NCBI GenBank assembly: GCA_014905635.1
Contig: JABVCE010000004.1
Span: 434,001 to 498,000, forward strand
Origin: Scenedesmus sp. PABB004
Taxonomy: Eukaryota
Length of the DNA stretch: 64,000 nt
Direction: 5' to 3'
The notes beneath the pieces were generated by a model that worked only from the letters and a program-made list of their open reading frames with translations, had not been told where the DNA came from and did not search any database. Below are positions 35,558 to 47,932 of the stretch, one piece after another; positions within the stretch are counted from its first letter, which is position 1; every line of letters starts with the position of its first letter. The translations under genes were made by a program, and so were the position numbers.

Positions 35558-38500
35558 TTCTTGAACAGCGGCGCCACCAGCACCACCGCCACGGCGAGCC
35601 CCGCGGACGCGCCGGTGCCGTACATCGCGGCCACGAGCAGCGGCGGCAGCCCGCCCGCCCGCGCGGCGCAGTGGTGCGGCCGCATCGCCGCGACCACCTG
35701 CGGCGCGGCGCGGCGGGGCCCCGCGCGGCGCGGTCGGCCCGGCCCGGCGGCAGCCGCAGGCGTGCGCCCGCGCCCGCGCCCGCGCTCGTGCTCGCCAACA
35801 CGCGCACGCGCACGCGCCTTGTGGGCCTGCCCCAGGAAGGAGCGCGCGAGCGCCTCGGCCGTGGGTATGACCTCCGCGGCGGCGTGGTACTCTAGCGCCG
35901 CGCCGTGCGCGACCATCGCGCGCCACACGTTGACCACCTGCGCGTACATCTGCAGCAGCTGCTGCAGCTCGCCCTGGCGGCGGGGCACGCGGGCGCGCAG
36001 GCACGGGACGCGGGGTGCAGGGCAGGGGCAGGGGGCGCGGCTGAGCGTGCGCGCGGGGCGGCGCTGCGCGGCGGGCCGGCAGCGCCGGCCGCGAGCCGGA
36101 CGCGCCGCCCCACACCCGCATGGCCGCGAGTTGCTTGAACGCGCCGGGGTGCGGCTTCGCCTCCTGCGGCGCGCGGCAGCGGCGCGGTCGGCGGCGCGGT
36201 CGGCGGCACGCGCCGGCCGTGCCCGGCGCTCGCGGGCGTGCCCTGGCAGGCGGCGGCGCCGCGCCGCCGCGGCGCGTGCCTGCAGCGCGAGGATGCCGTC
36301 GTTGACCAGGTCAACGCTGGAGTCGATGGCATCGAGCACGTATGACCGGTGCAGCGCGTCGATGTGCAGCTGGCTGAACGCGCCGCCCCAGCTCGTCCAG
36401 CTCAGCGGGTGCGCGCCGACGCTCCAGAGCCAGTCGTGCTGCACGAGCCGGCGCCCGGGGTTGTAGCCAAGGTGCGGCGGCAGCACGCCGCCGAGGTGCT
36501 GCAGCACCGCGCTCAGCGCGTGCTTCAGCGGCGAGAGCGGGCGCTGCAGCAGCATGCCGTCGCACATCATGCCCGTCGGGTGCTCGTCCCTGCGGCGCGG
36601 CGCGGCGCGCCGCCTGAGCCCGCCGCGGCCGCGGCCGCCGCCGCCGCCCGCCGCGCATCGCCGCGGTCCGGCCGCGGTCCGGCCCGCGGTGCGCACGCAC
36701 TGGTTGGCCGCGTTCTGCACGACCAGCACCAGGTCCTCGAGCGCGCGCGCGTTGTAGTGCTCGTCGATCAGCACCGGCACGTCGCGGTCGAGCTCAAACA
36801 CGAACACGGGGACCTCCAGCACCGCGTGCGGGTCGGCCGCCGCCGCGGCGCGCGCGTCGCCGAAGCGGAAGCGCTGCTTCAGCCGCAGCGCGAGCTCGCG
36901 GGAGTCGAGGTACAGCGCCTCGTTCTCTGCCCGGACGGGGAGGCCGGCAGACGGGGAGGCAGGGCGGGAGGGTGAGGGAGAGTCAGGAGGGACGGGAGTC
37001 TCCGGCGAGCGAGCTCGGCGCGCGCGGCCGGCGGCGGCGAGCCCTGGCCGGCGGCGCCCGCGGCGGCCGCGCGCCGCGCGCACCGACGGGGTCTGCGACG
37101 GCGTGCGGGACCTGCGCAAACGCGGTGCGCAGGCTCACTGCAAACGCGGCGGCGAGGGGCGGGTCGTCGAGGAGGTTGAGTGAGACCGCGTTGAAGGAGA
37201 AGGCCTGGTGCGGCATCGCGAGGCGCTGCAGCTGCGCCTTGAACGCGTCGTGGTCAAAGTGGATGCCTGGGGCCGGCGCGGGGCGGCGCGGCCGCGCGTG
37301 GCGCGTTGTGTCACGTGCGCGCGGCGTGCGCGCTGCGTGCGCGCGCACCGGCGCTCGGGGGCGCGGCGGGCGCGGCGGGCGCGGCGGGCGTGGCGCGGCG
37401 CGGCACGGCGCGGCGGCGCGGCGCGCGCACCGCGCAGGCGCCAGGGCCCGAGCACGCGCGCGGTGTCGGCGATGGTGTAGATTGTGAAGTGCACGCGGTG
37501 CGCGTAGGGGCTGGCGGTGTCGTGGAGGTAGCCCTGCGGTTTAGGTTTGAAGGCGGTGGCGCGGCGCGTGGTGGGCGCGCGCGCGGTGGGCGCGCGGTGG
37601 GCGCGTGGGCAGCCCGCGCGCGCGCGGGCGCGCGCGCCTGGTGGTGCCACGTCGCCGAGGGCGGCGCGATGACGTGGCGCAGCCCCCGGCTGAGCGCGTG
37701 GGAGAGCTCGCTGAAGAACACATCCTTGGCCGCTGAGAACGCCGCCGACGACTGTGGCGGTGCGGCGCGGCGCGGTGTGTGGCGAGGCGTCCGCGGCGGG
37801 GCGGGTTGAGTTCAGGAGCCCGCGCGGGCCGCGCGCCGCGCGGCGCGTGCCGCGGCGGCCGGCCGCACCTCCTCGCTGTCCTCCTCGCGGCCGAATATGT
37901 CCCAGTGGTGCTCCGGGTGCAGCGGCAGCTTGCTCCCCTGCGCGCGGCGGCGCGGCCGGGGGCGCGCCGTCCGCACGACGACGCGCCCGGCGCGGGCGCG
38001 CGCCGCGGCCTCCACCGCGCCGCGCGCCGCCGCCGCGCTGCAAACGCCGCGCCGCGCCGCGGCGCCGCCGCACCGAGGCCTTGCTGAGCAGCTCGAGGTT
38101 GTGCTTGATGTCCATGACCGCCTCCTCGGCTTCCGCGCACACCGCCGGCGGGTTGGTCCGCCCCGAGCAGTGCATGCTCGCAAACTCCTCATACACGTTC
38201 AGCTCCGCCTGCGTGGCCGGGGCCCGGCGGCGGCGGCGGCGGTGGCGGCGTTGGGGTGGCGCGGCGCGCGCGGCAGCCGCGGCGGCGGCGGCGGCGTTGG
38301 GGGTGGCGCGGCGCGCGCGGCAGCCGCGGCGGCGGCGGCGACAGTGGCGGCGGCGGCAAGGCGCTGCCCACGCGGCGGCGGCGAGGCGCGCCCGCGCTGC
38401 CGCGCGCCTGCAGCGTGGCCTCCTGGTGGTTGCGGTCAAAGTCCAGCTGCTCCTGCTCGCTGAGGCCGCCCACGGGGCGGCCGTCCGGGTCGACCGCGAG

Positions 38501-41310
38501 CGGCGGCGCCTCGCCGGGCGCGAGGCCGTGCACGACATGCCCCGCCGCCGCGGCCTGCGCCTGGGAGCCAGCGGCGGCGGCGGTGGCGGCGGCAGCGGGG
38601 GAGCGTCAGTGGCGCACGGCGTGGCGCGGCGCGCCGGCAGCGGGGACGCGCGGCGAGGCGCGGCGGCGGCGCGTCGCGCACCATCGCGCGCGCGTGCTGC
38701 TGCTGGTTGGCGACCGCAGCGAGGCGCTGGCTGCGCATGCTGCTGAGCTTGTCGCGCACGTCCACCTCTTCCGGCTCGTCCCCGCGCGCGAGGCGCTTCT
38801 CTGCGCGTTTGGCGGCGCACGCGCACGCGCGGCGGCGCGGTCGGCGCGCCGCCCGGCACGCACGCTGCAGGGGCCGCCGCTGCGCAGATGCGCACGCCCG
38901 TGCACGCGCGCCGTCCGCGGGCGTGCCCCCACCCGCGCGCTTCTCCTCGGCGGCGCCAAACGCGTAGCTCACGTCCGGCAGCGTCGTGTGGACCACCACG
39001 CCGTCGCCGCCGAGCGCGGGGCCCAGTCGCTGCGCCGCGCAGTGAGGTCGAGCAGCAGCCAGCGGCTCTGGCTCACCCACAGCGGCGTGGGGCAGTCCTC
39101 GAGCGGGTGCGTCGCGCGGAAGCGCGGGTTGTGCACTGCGGCGCCGCGGGGCGGTGGGCGGCCGCGTGGGCGGCCGCGGCGCGCCGCGTGGGCGCCGCGC
39201 GCGGCGCGCCGCCCGCCCGCCCGCGCGCCGGCGGGCGCCGCCCGCGCGCACTCACGGTGCTGGGGCTGCAGCCGCAGGTGCGCCGCGACGAGCTGGCTCA
39301 GCTCGGTGCGCGTCTGCAGCACCGTCGCGGCGCGCGCGAGCGCAGCGGTGCCCTTGGTTCGGGGGCCGATGATCTTGAGCACGCGGCGGCTGAAGTCCTC
39401 AACCTCTGACAGGTACTGCGTCGCGGTCTTGGCCCAGTTGGACGACTGCCACGCGAGGTCGGAGATCTGGCGGCGCGCGTGCGTGTGTGTGTATTCGGGG
39501 GAGGGGCACGTCAGGTCAGGGAGGCCGGCGGCGGCGGCCAGCGCAGCGGCGTGGCGCTGCGCCCGGCCGCCCAGTCCGTGGGCCAGCCGGGGCGCAGCCG
39601 GGCCGCCCCTGGCCTCCTTCTCACGCACACCTGGTACTTTTTGATGCTGAGCGGCCAGCCCCCGTGCAGGCGGCCGCCGCCGTACACGGGCGCCGCCGGC
39701 TCCGCGCCCCACGCGGGGTTGGCGTAGCCGGGCTGCAGCTCGGGCATGTTGGACTGCCCGGCGAGCAGCTTGAGCTCGTGGTCACTGAACCCTAGGCGGT
39801 ACCCGTAACTCGGCAGGCTGGGGGACCACTTGGGGTTGACGACCAGCATCGTGTACCCGCCGTCCAGCGCGAGCGCGCCGACAAAGGAGTCAACAAACGG
39901 CTCGAGCTTCAGCACGTCAACCTGGGCGCGGCGCGGCGCGGAGCGGGCGGGCGGCGGCGCGGGCGGGGGCGGTCGGAGAGCGGGAGAGCCGCCGCCGCCC
40001 ACGCCGCCGCGCCGGGCCGCCGCGCGTGCCGCCGCGCCCGCGCGTGCCGCCGCGCCCGCGCGTGCCGCGCCTGCTGGTCGCCCTCCTCGTAGTCCGGGTC
40101 CACCGGCCGGCTGAACGCGGTGATCGCGCGCTCAAACGTGGCCAGCACCTCGCCCTTGGCCACGACCACGACGTTGACGCTCACGTTGAGGTGCACGTAG
40201 CTCGGCAGCGGGCTCGGCGGCAGCAGCGTGACCGCGGCCGTGCCCGCGCAGTGCCCTGGCGGCGGCGGCGCGGCGGCGGCGGCGCGCGGCGGCGCGCGTG
40301 GGCGGCGCGCCCGGCGGCGCTGCGCTGCCGGGGGCGCTGCCGGGGGCGCTGCTGGCGCGGCGCGGCGCTGCTGGCGCGGCGCACCGTCGAGGGAGCAGGA
40401 GAGCTCGCTGAGCGCGACGCGCGTGTGCGGCAGCACGTGGTCAACGTGCCGGAACCAACCGATCAGCTCCTCGCTGCTCACGTCCACCTGCGCTCGGCGC
40501 GCCCGCACGTCAGTCAGCGCCGCCGCGGCGGCGGCGCTGCGCGCGCGCGCTGCTCGCCCTCTCCCTCTCGCTCGCGTTCCCTGCCCCGCCGCCGCGCTCA
40601 CACCTTTGCGTTGCCGTCGCCCTGGAAGCCCACGAACACGAGGTTGAGCGGCACGCTCATGTGCAGCGCGTCGACGGGGTGCAGGCCCACGTACGAGGCC
40701 AGATTGGGTGCCGCCACGAACTCCTGCAAGCGGCGCGGCGTGTTGCGCTCCCCGTGCGCGCTTGCGCGGCTGGCGTCGCCGCCACCGCGGCTGCGGGGTG
40801 GCGTGCGCCCCGGCCGGCGCCGCGAGCGCACATCGAGGCTTTTGAACTCGCGCAGGTGCAGGTTCTGTATGCGCGTGAGCTCGTCGTTGTCCCACGACAG
40901 CGCGTTCTCGCCCTGCGCGCGGCGGCCGGCCTGAGCGTGCCGCGCACACGGTCCGCGCCCGCGGCCCGCAGCCCGCCGCGCGCACGCCGCGTGGCCCTGC
41001 TGCGCGCCCGGCCGCTCACGTCGTGGAACAGCTGCGATCCGGCGCCGGCCGGCGGCGGCGGCGGCCGCCTGCGGGCGGCCGCGGGCGGCGCAGCAGCGGT
41101 TGTCGGCCGCGGCCGCTGCGGGCGGCGCGGCTGGCAGCGCAGCACGATCGGCCGCCGGTCACACCTCCAGCGTCCTCGCTTCTCGTCCCTCGGCTTGGCC
41201 CCCGCGGCGCCCGCCGCCAGCAGCGCCAGGCCCAAGAGGAGGCAGGCTGCTGCTGATGGGCGCCCCCTCCCCGCCCGCCGGCGCCCCTGCCCGCGGTGCC
41301 GCCGGTCCAT
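35539..41310 (-). CDS. Large type-I ER/Golgi membrane protein, KNS3/At4g16180-family-like, 21 exons
   Basis: Signal peptide CLLLGLALLAAGAAG, VPLNLVFVGFQGDGN...LIGWFRHVDHVLPHTRV, VPVFVFELDRDVPVLIDEHY, LQHLGGVLPPHLGY...HDWLWSVGAHP. C-terminal TM followed by KKKAKAI* (KxKxx ER-retrieval motif). Family assignment is from memory of the motifs. Confidence 0.72.
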
Positions 41311-41754
41311 GCTTCACGAAAACCTCATGACTGATCGAAAGGGCGTGCTGCGGGGCCGTTTGCTCGACGCTAGCAGTGGGCAGCAGCAGCTGCTGCTCTG
41401 GCGCTCGGCGCTTGCTGGTTATCGGCCTGGCGACGGTTCGGGACCGATGTTGTGTGTCGGCGCCACAATCCGCGGCGCGGCAGGCAGCGGCGGCGGCGGC
41501 GGTTGAGCGCCCGCCGCGCCGCCCGTCGCGCCGTGCGCTCTGCCCCGCCTCCCGCACCCCCCAGCCCCATACCCGCCGCCCGGACGCCAGCCGCCAGCCC
41601 GCGCAGTCCCGAGCGCCGCCAGCAGCCGCACACGCACACGGCCGCGCCGCCGCTGCTGCGCCGCATGCACGGCTGCCCCCGCACCTAGCCGCCGCCCGCG
41701 CCAGCCCCGTCTGCCGCCCCGCCTCCCCGCCTGTCCTGACCGACGCGGGGCAGC

Positions 41755-43003
41755 ATGCGGCGCATCTTTGGCGCGCCGAAGAAGAAGGAGCCGGCGCCGA
41801 CGCTCGAGCAGGCGGGCGACCGCCTGACCGGCCGCGGCGACCGCCTGGACGAGCAGATCAACAAGCTCGACGCGCAGCTGGTCAAGTTCCGGGAGCAGAT
41901 CAAGAAGACGCGCCCGGGGCCGGGGCAGGAGGCGCTCAAGCGCCGCGCGCTCACGGTGCGGCGCTGCACGCCGGGGCGGCGCGGGCGGGCGCTGCCGCCG
42001 CCGTGCGCGGCGGCGCGCCGCGCCTGCCGGCAGCGCTTGCAGCGCCCGACGGCGCGCCGACCGGCGCCCTGGCGCCGCCGCCGCCGCCGCCGCAGGTGCT
42101 CAAGCAGAAGCGCATGTACGAGCAGCAGCGCGAGACGCTCTACGCGCAGCAGTTCAACATGGAGCAGACGCGCTTCACGGTCGAGTCGATACAGGACACG
42201 GTGCAGGTGCGGCGCCCCGCCGGCCGGCGGACACGACGCACGCGACGGCGCAGGGCCTCCCGCGCGCAGAAGCCGCGCGCCGCGCCGCGCGGCGCCGCGC
42301 CGCGCCCCGCCGTCGCGCCACGCCGCCCCCTGCCCGCTGCCGCGCGGCCGCCCGCCGCCGCCGCGCGCAGACGGTGCAGGCGCTCAAGGCGGCCAACACC
42401 CAGATGAAGGGCGCAATGAAGGCCAACAAGGAGCTGGACCTCAGCTTCATTGACAAGCTCCAGGCGCGCGCGCTGCACACGCGACGGGACAGCGGCGCCG
42501 CCCGCCCGCGCGCGCAGCCCACGCCGGCTGCGCCGCGCGCCCGCCCAACGCCGCGCGCACCCACCCGCGCCGCGCCGCGCGCAGGAGGACCTGGCCGACA
42601 TGGCCGACCTGACGGGCGAGATCAACGAGGCGATGGGGCAGAGCTACGCCATCCCCGACGACGTCGACGAGGCAGACCTCATGGCCGAGCTCGACGCGCT
42701 CGAGGGAGACCTCGCGCTTGAGGACGCCGCCGGCGCGGGGCCGTCCTACCTGCAGGCGCGCCGCACGGGGGCGGGGCGCGCGGGGCGGGGCGCGCGGGGG
42801 CGGGGCGCGCGGGGGCGGGGCGCGCCGAGCGGCGTGTCCTGGGCGGGGCGCCGCGCCGGCCGTGCCGCGCCGCGCCGGCCGCGCCGCGCCGACACCGCGC
42901 CTGCCGCCGCGCGCAGGAGCCGGAGCTGCCGGAGCTGCCGGCGGCGCCGCAGGGCGAGGCGGAGGAGGAGCTGGGGCTGCCGGCGGTGGCGCAGAAGACC
43001 TGA
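41755..43003 (+). CDS. VPS60: ESCRT-III SNF7-family protein VPS60/CHMP5, 5 exons
   Basis: MRRIFGAPKKKEPAPTL, LDEQINKLDAQL, KRRALTVLKQKRMYEQQRETLYAQQFNMEQ, EINEAMGQSYAIPDDVDEADLMAELDAL, PSYLQ. Confidence 0.93.
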
Positions 43004-43070
43004 GCGCCGCGCGCCGGGCGGAGCTGCTGGGCACGCGCGCGCGCAGGCGGCGGCGCATGGCGCATGTACA

Positions 43071-43075
43071 TTACA
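43071..43075 (-). terminator. TGTAA poly(A) signal of EXO1
   Basis: ttaca on the + strand, about 53 nt past the EXO1 stop codon. Confidence 0.6.
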
Positions 43076-43091
43076 CCGCCGGTGGCGTCGC

Positions 43092-43096
43092 TGTAA
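43092..43096 (+). terminator. TGTAA poly(A) signal of VPS60
   Basis: TGTAA about 90 nt downstream of the stop codon. Confidence 0.6.
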
Positions 43097-43127
43097 ACCC
43101 TCGGCGACGGCACCCGCGGCGAGCCCC

Positions 43128-44819
43128 CTAAGCGCACGCGAAGCTGCCAAACGCGCCAAAGCCAGCCGCGCCGCGTTCGTCGTCCTCCTCGCCCCCGCTG
43201 CTGGCGGCCGGCGCCTGCCTGGGCGCCTTGAACTGCCGCCGCGCCACGGGCGCGGGCGGCGCGGCGCCCCCGCCGCCGCGGCCCAGCAGCGCGGCCGCCG
43301 CCGCGGCGCGCCCTCGCGGTGGCGCGGCGCCGCCGCCAGCGCTGCCGTTGGCGCTGTAGCCCAGTCCGCACAGCTCGTCCGCCAGCGAGGGCCGCCGCCC
43401 GTTCGCCGCCGCGCCGGCGGCGCCCAGCGGCGCGGGCGGCGGCGGCGGCGCGGGCGCCTGCTGCAGCTTGCCGACGCAGCGGTGCGCGAGCCGCGCGTAG
43501 CGCCGCATGTGCGCGATGCTGGCGATGCCGCCGGGCTCCGCATTCTCGTCGTTGCTGCCGCCCAGGCTGCTGCTGCCGCCGCCGTCGCTGTCGCCCGCGG
43601 TGCCCGCGCGCTCCGCGGCGGCGGCGCCACCGCACCCGCCGCCGTCGCGCGCGCCGCCGTGGCCCAGCTGCTGCGCGGCGCACCCGCCCGGGCCGGGGCT
43701 CGGGCTGCCGCCGAGGCCCAGCACGTCGTCGCCGGCGTCCACGCCGCCGGGCCGCCGCTGCCCGATGCCCAGGCAGCGCGGGGGTTGGCTGCCGCCGGCG
43801 CCGCCGTGCCGCGCCGGCGCCGGGCGCCAGCCGTCAAGGAGCTGCTGCCGCTGCTCCTGCTGCTGCAGGCCGCGGCGCAGCACGTCCAGCGGCCTGCGCG
43901 TCTCGCCGGCCCCGGCCCCGGCCCCGCCGCCGCCCCGCAGCGACTGCTGCAGCTGCCGCCAGCTCTGGCTGCCGCCGAGTGCCAGCGGGTGGGGGCGCGG
44001 GGGCGAGACCACCTCGTCGTCGGCCTCCTCCGACCCCGGCCCCGCGGGGCTGCCCAGGCTGCCGAGGCTGCCCAGGGGGTCGCTGCCGCCCAGCGCGCCC
44101 TGCGAGCCGCCCAGGCCGCGCTCCAGCACCAGCACCTGCCCGCCGCCCCCCGCGCCGCCGGCGCTCGCGAAGAAGCGGCTGCTGCTGCTGCCGCCCAGCC
44201 GCGGCCAGCACAGCGGCACGGCGCGCTCCGGCGGCGGCGTGGGCAGGCTGCCGTCCGAGCACGCCGGCGACGCCTGCTGCGACGCGCCGTTGATGAGTGC
44301 GGCCAGCGCGCTCACCGCCGCGCCGCGCCCGCCGCCGGGCGCCAGGGACGCCAGCGGCTGCGTCAGCTGCGTGCCGCCGCCAAAGCCGCCGCCGCCGAGG
44401 GCGGGCTCGGCGCCCAGGCTGCAGTCGGCGCCGAGGCTGCCGAGCCCGAGGTCGCTGCTGGCGCCGGGCAGCGCCTGGCTGCTGGCGAGGCTGCCGCCGA
44501 GGCAGCCCGCTCCCGCGCCGGACGGCCCGAGCAGGTCCGAGCTGCCGGCGGTGCCGCACAGCGTGCTGCTGCTGCCGAGCGGGTCGGCGCTGCCGCCGGC
44601 CGGCAGGCCCTGCTGCGGGTCGGTGAGCTCCATGCTCATCGCGCTGCCGCCTTCCTGCTGCAGCTGCAGCTGGTCGTCCAGCGAGCCCGGGGTGGCCAGG
44701 CCGTCGCCGACACCGTCGTCGCCCAGCGAGCCGGCCGCGGCGCCGGCGCCCGGCTGCTCGTCGCGCAGGCGCAGCTTCTTGGCCGGCGGCAGGCCTCCGT
44801 CGCCCGCGGCGTTGCGCGG

Positions 44820-44871
<52 letters not shown>

Positions 44872-47300
44872 GCCGGCTCGCGCAGCTCCGCCAGCAGCGC
44901 CCGCTTGTCCGCCTCCTCCTGCTGCTGCCGCTGCGCCTGCTGCTCGCGCAGCGCCGCCAGCGCCTGCATGATGCTGTCGTGCATGCGCTGCACCGCGGCC
45001 TGCGGCGGCTCGGGCGCGGGCTTGGGCGCCGGCGCCGGCGCCGCGTGCTGCGGCGCGCCCGCCGCCGGTGGCTGCTCCCTGCCCGCCGGCGCCGGCACAA
45101 AGAAGCGCGCGATGCCCAGCCCGGACTTGCGCCGCGGCCCGGCCGCGGCGCCACTGCCGGCCGCCGGCTTGCTGCTGCCGCTGCCGCTGGCCGCGCCGCC
45201 GGCCGCGCCAGCACCCCAGGCGAGCCGCTGCTGCTGCTGGTGCTGCCCGCCCGGCTGCCGGCGGCTCATGCCGATGCGGGGCCGGCCGCCGCTGGCGCCG
45301 TCGCCGCCGCCGCCGCCAGAGGCGCCGGGCGCCGGCCCGCCCGAGCCGGCGCCGCCGCCTGCGCCCAGCGCGAGCGGGTGCGGCGCCGCCGCGAGCGGCC
45401 GGCTCAGCTGCGCCGCGATGTGGGGCGGCGGGTTGCGGCAGCCGGCAAAGATGGCGTCCAGGTCGTACGGCTCGTGTCGGTTGGGGTCGAGCCGGCCTGG
45501 ACGGGCGCGCGCGGCAGCGCGGGGCGTCGGCCGGCAGGGCGCGCGCCCCCGCGCGCAGCGGTTGCGCGGCGGCAGGGCCGCACCCTCTGCGATGCCGCGC
45601 GCCACATCGGGCGGCAGGTCGGGCCCCAGGAAGTCCAGGCCCGCCGCCTGCTGCGTCGCCTCGAGGTGCTGCAGCGCGGCCGGCACGTCGACGTCCGCGC
45701 CGCCCACGCCGCCGCCGGGGAGCGGCGAGAGGTGCACCAGCGCCTGGCGCGGCGGCGGGTCAGGCTGGGCCCGCGCCGGGCTGCGCGGGCGCCCCTCACA
45801 GTCCAGGCCGCGCCGCTGCCGCACCTTGGCCGTGGGGCAGTACACGCGGCAGTGCCGGAACGCCCAGAGCGCGAGCTGGAAGCGCACCTCGTACTCGGGC
45901 GGCACGCGCGTGCCGTTGAAGCGAAGCATCTTGAGCACCTGCGCAGCCGCGCACGCACGCACACAGCGTCGGACGCGCGCGCCGCGCCTGGCGCCGCGCC
46001 GCTGGCGCCGCGCCGCTGGCGCCGCGCCGCTGGCGCCGCGTTTCGCGCCGCCGCGCCTTGGTGAAGGCCCGGTACTTGCGCAGCAGGCCGTGGGCCTTCT
46101 TGAGCCCGATGCCGGGCAGCTGCGGCAGGTAGTCGCAGCCGGCCATGATGCAGAGCTGCGCAAACGTGTCGGCCGTGAAGCCGTCGAGCGGCAGGCCGGC
46201 GCAGCGCGGCAGGTCCTCGAGACACACCTCCTCGCCCGCGCCCGCGCGGTCGAGCTTGTACAGCACGCTGCGGCGGCGGCAGACGCGGCGGCGCAGCGCG
46301 GCGCGTCAGGCGGCGCGGCGCGCCCCTGGCTCTCTCACTGAACGGCGTGCCTCGCCGCGCGGGGCGCACCGCGGGCAGCTGTACGCGAGCAGGTCCGAGT
46401 CCTCGGTGATGACGAGGCCCACGTCGCCGCGGCGCGCCAGGTAGGCCATCTGCGCGTCCGCCTCGTACGGCGCGACGATGAAGGCGACGCCCAGCGCCTT
46501 GAGCTCCTGCGCGGCAGCACCCCGGCGGCGCCGCGGCGCGGCGGTCGCGCCGCTGGCTGCGCTGCGCGGGGGGCGCCGCGCCTCCGCGCGCCCTCCCGCG
46601 CGCGCCGCGCCGCGCCGCGCCGCGCCGCGCCTCGATCACGTGCTTGGCCATGGCGGGCGTGACGTCGACGCAGCGCTGGTAGCACTCGACCGCCGCGGCC
46701 ACGTTGCCGGCCGCGAGGTGCGCCGCCGCCTTCTCGCGCGCCTCGGCGCGCGCCCTGCGGCGCGGGCGCGCGGCGCGCGGGCTCGGTGCGGGCGCGCGGC
46801 CGGCGAGCGCGCCGCGGGGCGGACGGCGCACCTGTGCCGCGCGCTCTCCTCCTCGCCCTTGATCGGCAGCCGGCCGCCGTCAAACACCACCACCGGCTCC
46901 ACGCCATGCCCGCGCAGCAGCTGGACGCGCGACACAAAGTACGCCACGTACCTGCGCCGGCGCCGTCAGCGGCGGCAGTGAGGTGAGCGCCGCCGCGGCA
47001 GCACGCGCGCGGTCGGGTGAGCGCCGCGCTGTCAGCGGCGCGTTCTGCCGCGGCGGCGGCGCGCCGCGACCGCGGCGCGCGGGCGCAGCGCCCGCCCCCC
47101 GCTCCCACGCAGCGCGCTGCCGCGGTCGGCGCGGCGCACTTGTCGGTCCACGCGCCCTCGCACAGCTCGCGCGCGCAGCAGTACGCGCCCTTGTGCAGCC
47201 ACGAGTAGCCGTCCACCGCCGCACGCTGCCCCGCGTACTTGCTCAGCTGCACCGGCCGCGCGATGGGCTTGAGCGCCGGGAGGAGGCCGTTGATGCCCAT
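43128..47300 (-). CDS. EXO1: Exonuclease 1 (XPG/RAD2 family), 8 exons, long disordered C-terminus
   Basis: [84 protein letters not shown]. Confidence 0.96.
44823..44870 (-). repeat. (CAG)n polyQ tract in the last EXO1 exon
   Basis: About 16 CTG units on the + strand. Confidence 0.9.
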
Positions 47301-47932
47301 CGCGGCGCGGGCCGCGGCGGCGGCGCGGGCGCCCGCCGCTGCTCACGGCGCCGGCGCCGCCCGCCGACGGCTCGCCGCAGCGCGCCGGGGCATTCAGGGC
47401 CGAGGCAGGACGGTGGCTGTGCGCTGGGCGGGCCTGGCCGCGGCCTGGGCGCCCCTGGGCGGCCGGGGCAGCTCGCAGGAGCGCGCAGCTGATGGGCGGC
47501 CTGGAGCGGGCCCTGGGGCGCCGGGGGGCGTGTGCGGGGCCCGCGAGCGACACACGGTGCGGAGGAAATTCGAGAGAGGGGGCGGCGCGGGCTGCCGGCG
47601 TCAGCTGTCGAAGAGGTTTGGCCGGCGCCTCCTCGCCTGCCCTGCCCCATCAAACGCGCGGCCCGCAGCCCCGCAGCCCGACCCGGCGGCGCCCAGCCGC
47701 GCCGCGAGACCAAGCGCACGCGCGCAGCCCCGCTCGCCAGCCCAGCTCGCCCAGGGGGCGTCTGTTGTGAGCGGCCTTGACCCCGAGCCCCCGCTCTCGC
47801 CCCGCCCGCTCGGCGCGTCCTGCAAGCATCATCTCGCCGCGCGCGGCCCGGACCGCGCTCGCGGCAGCCCCCCGGCGCCCCAGGCGCCCGCATCGCCCGG
47901 CCGCGCCCGCATCGCGACCGCGGCGCGCCACC

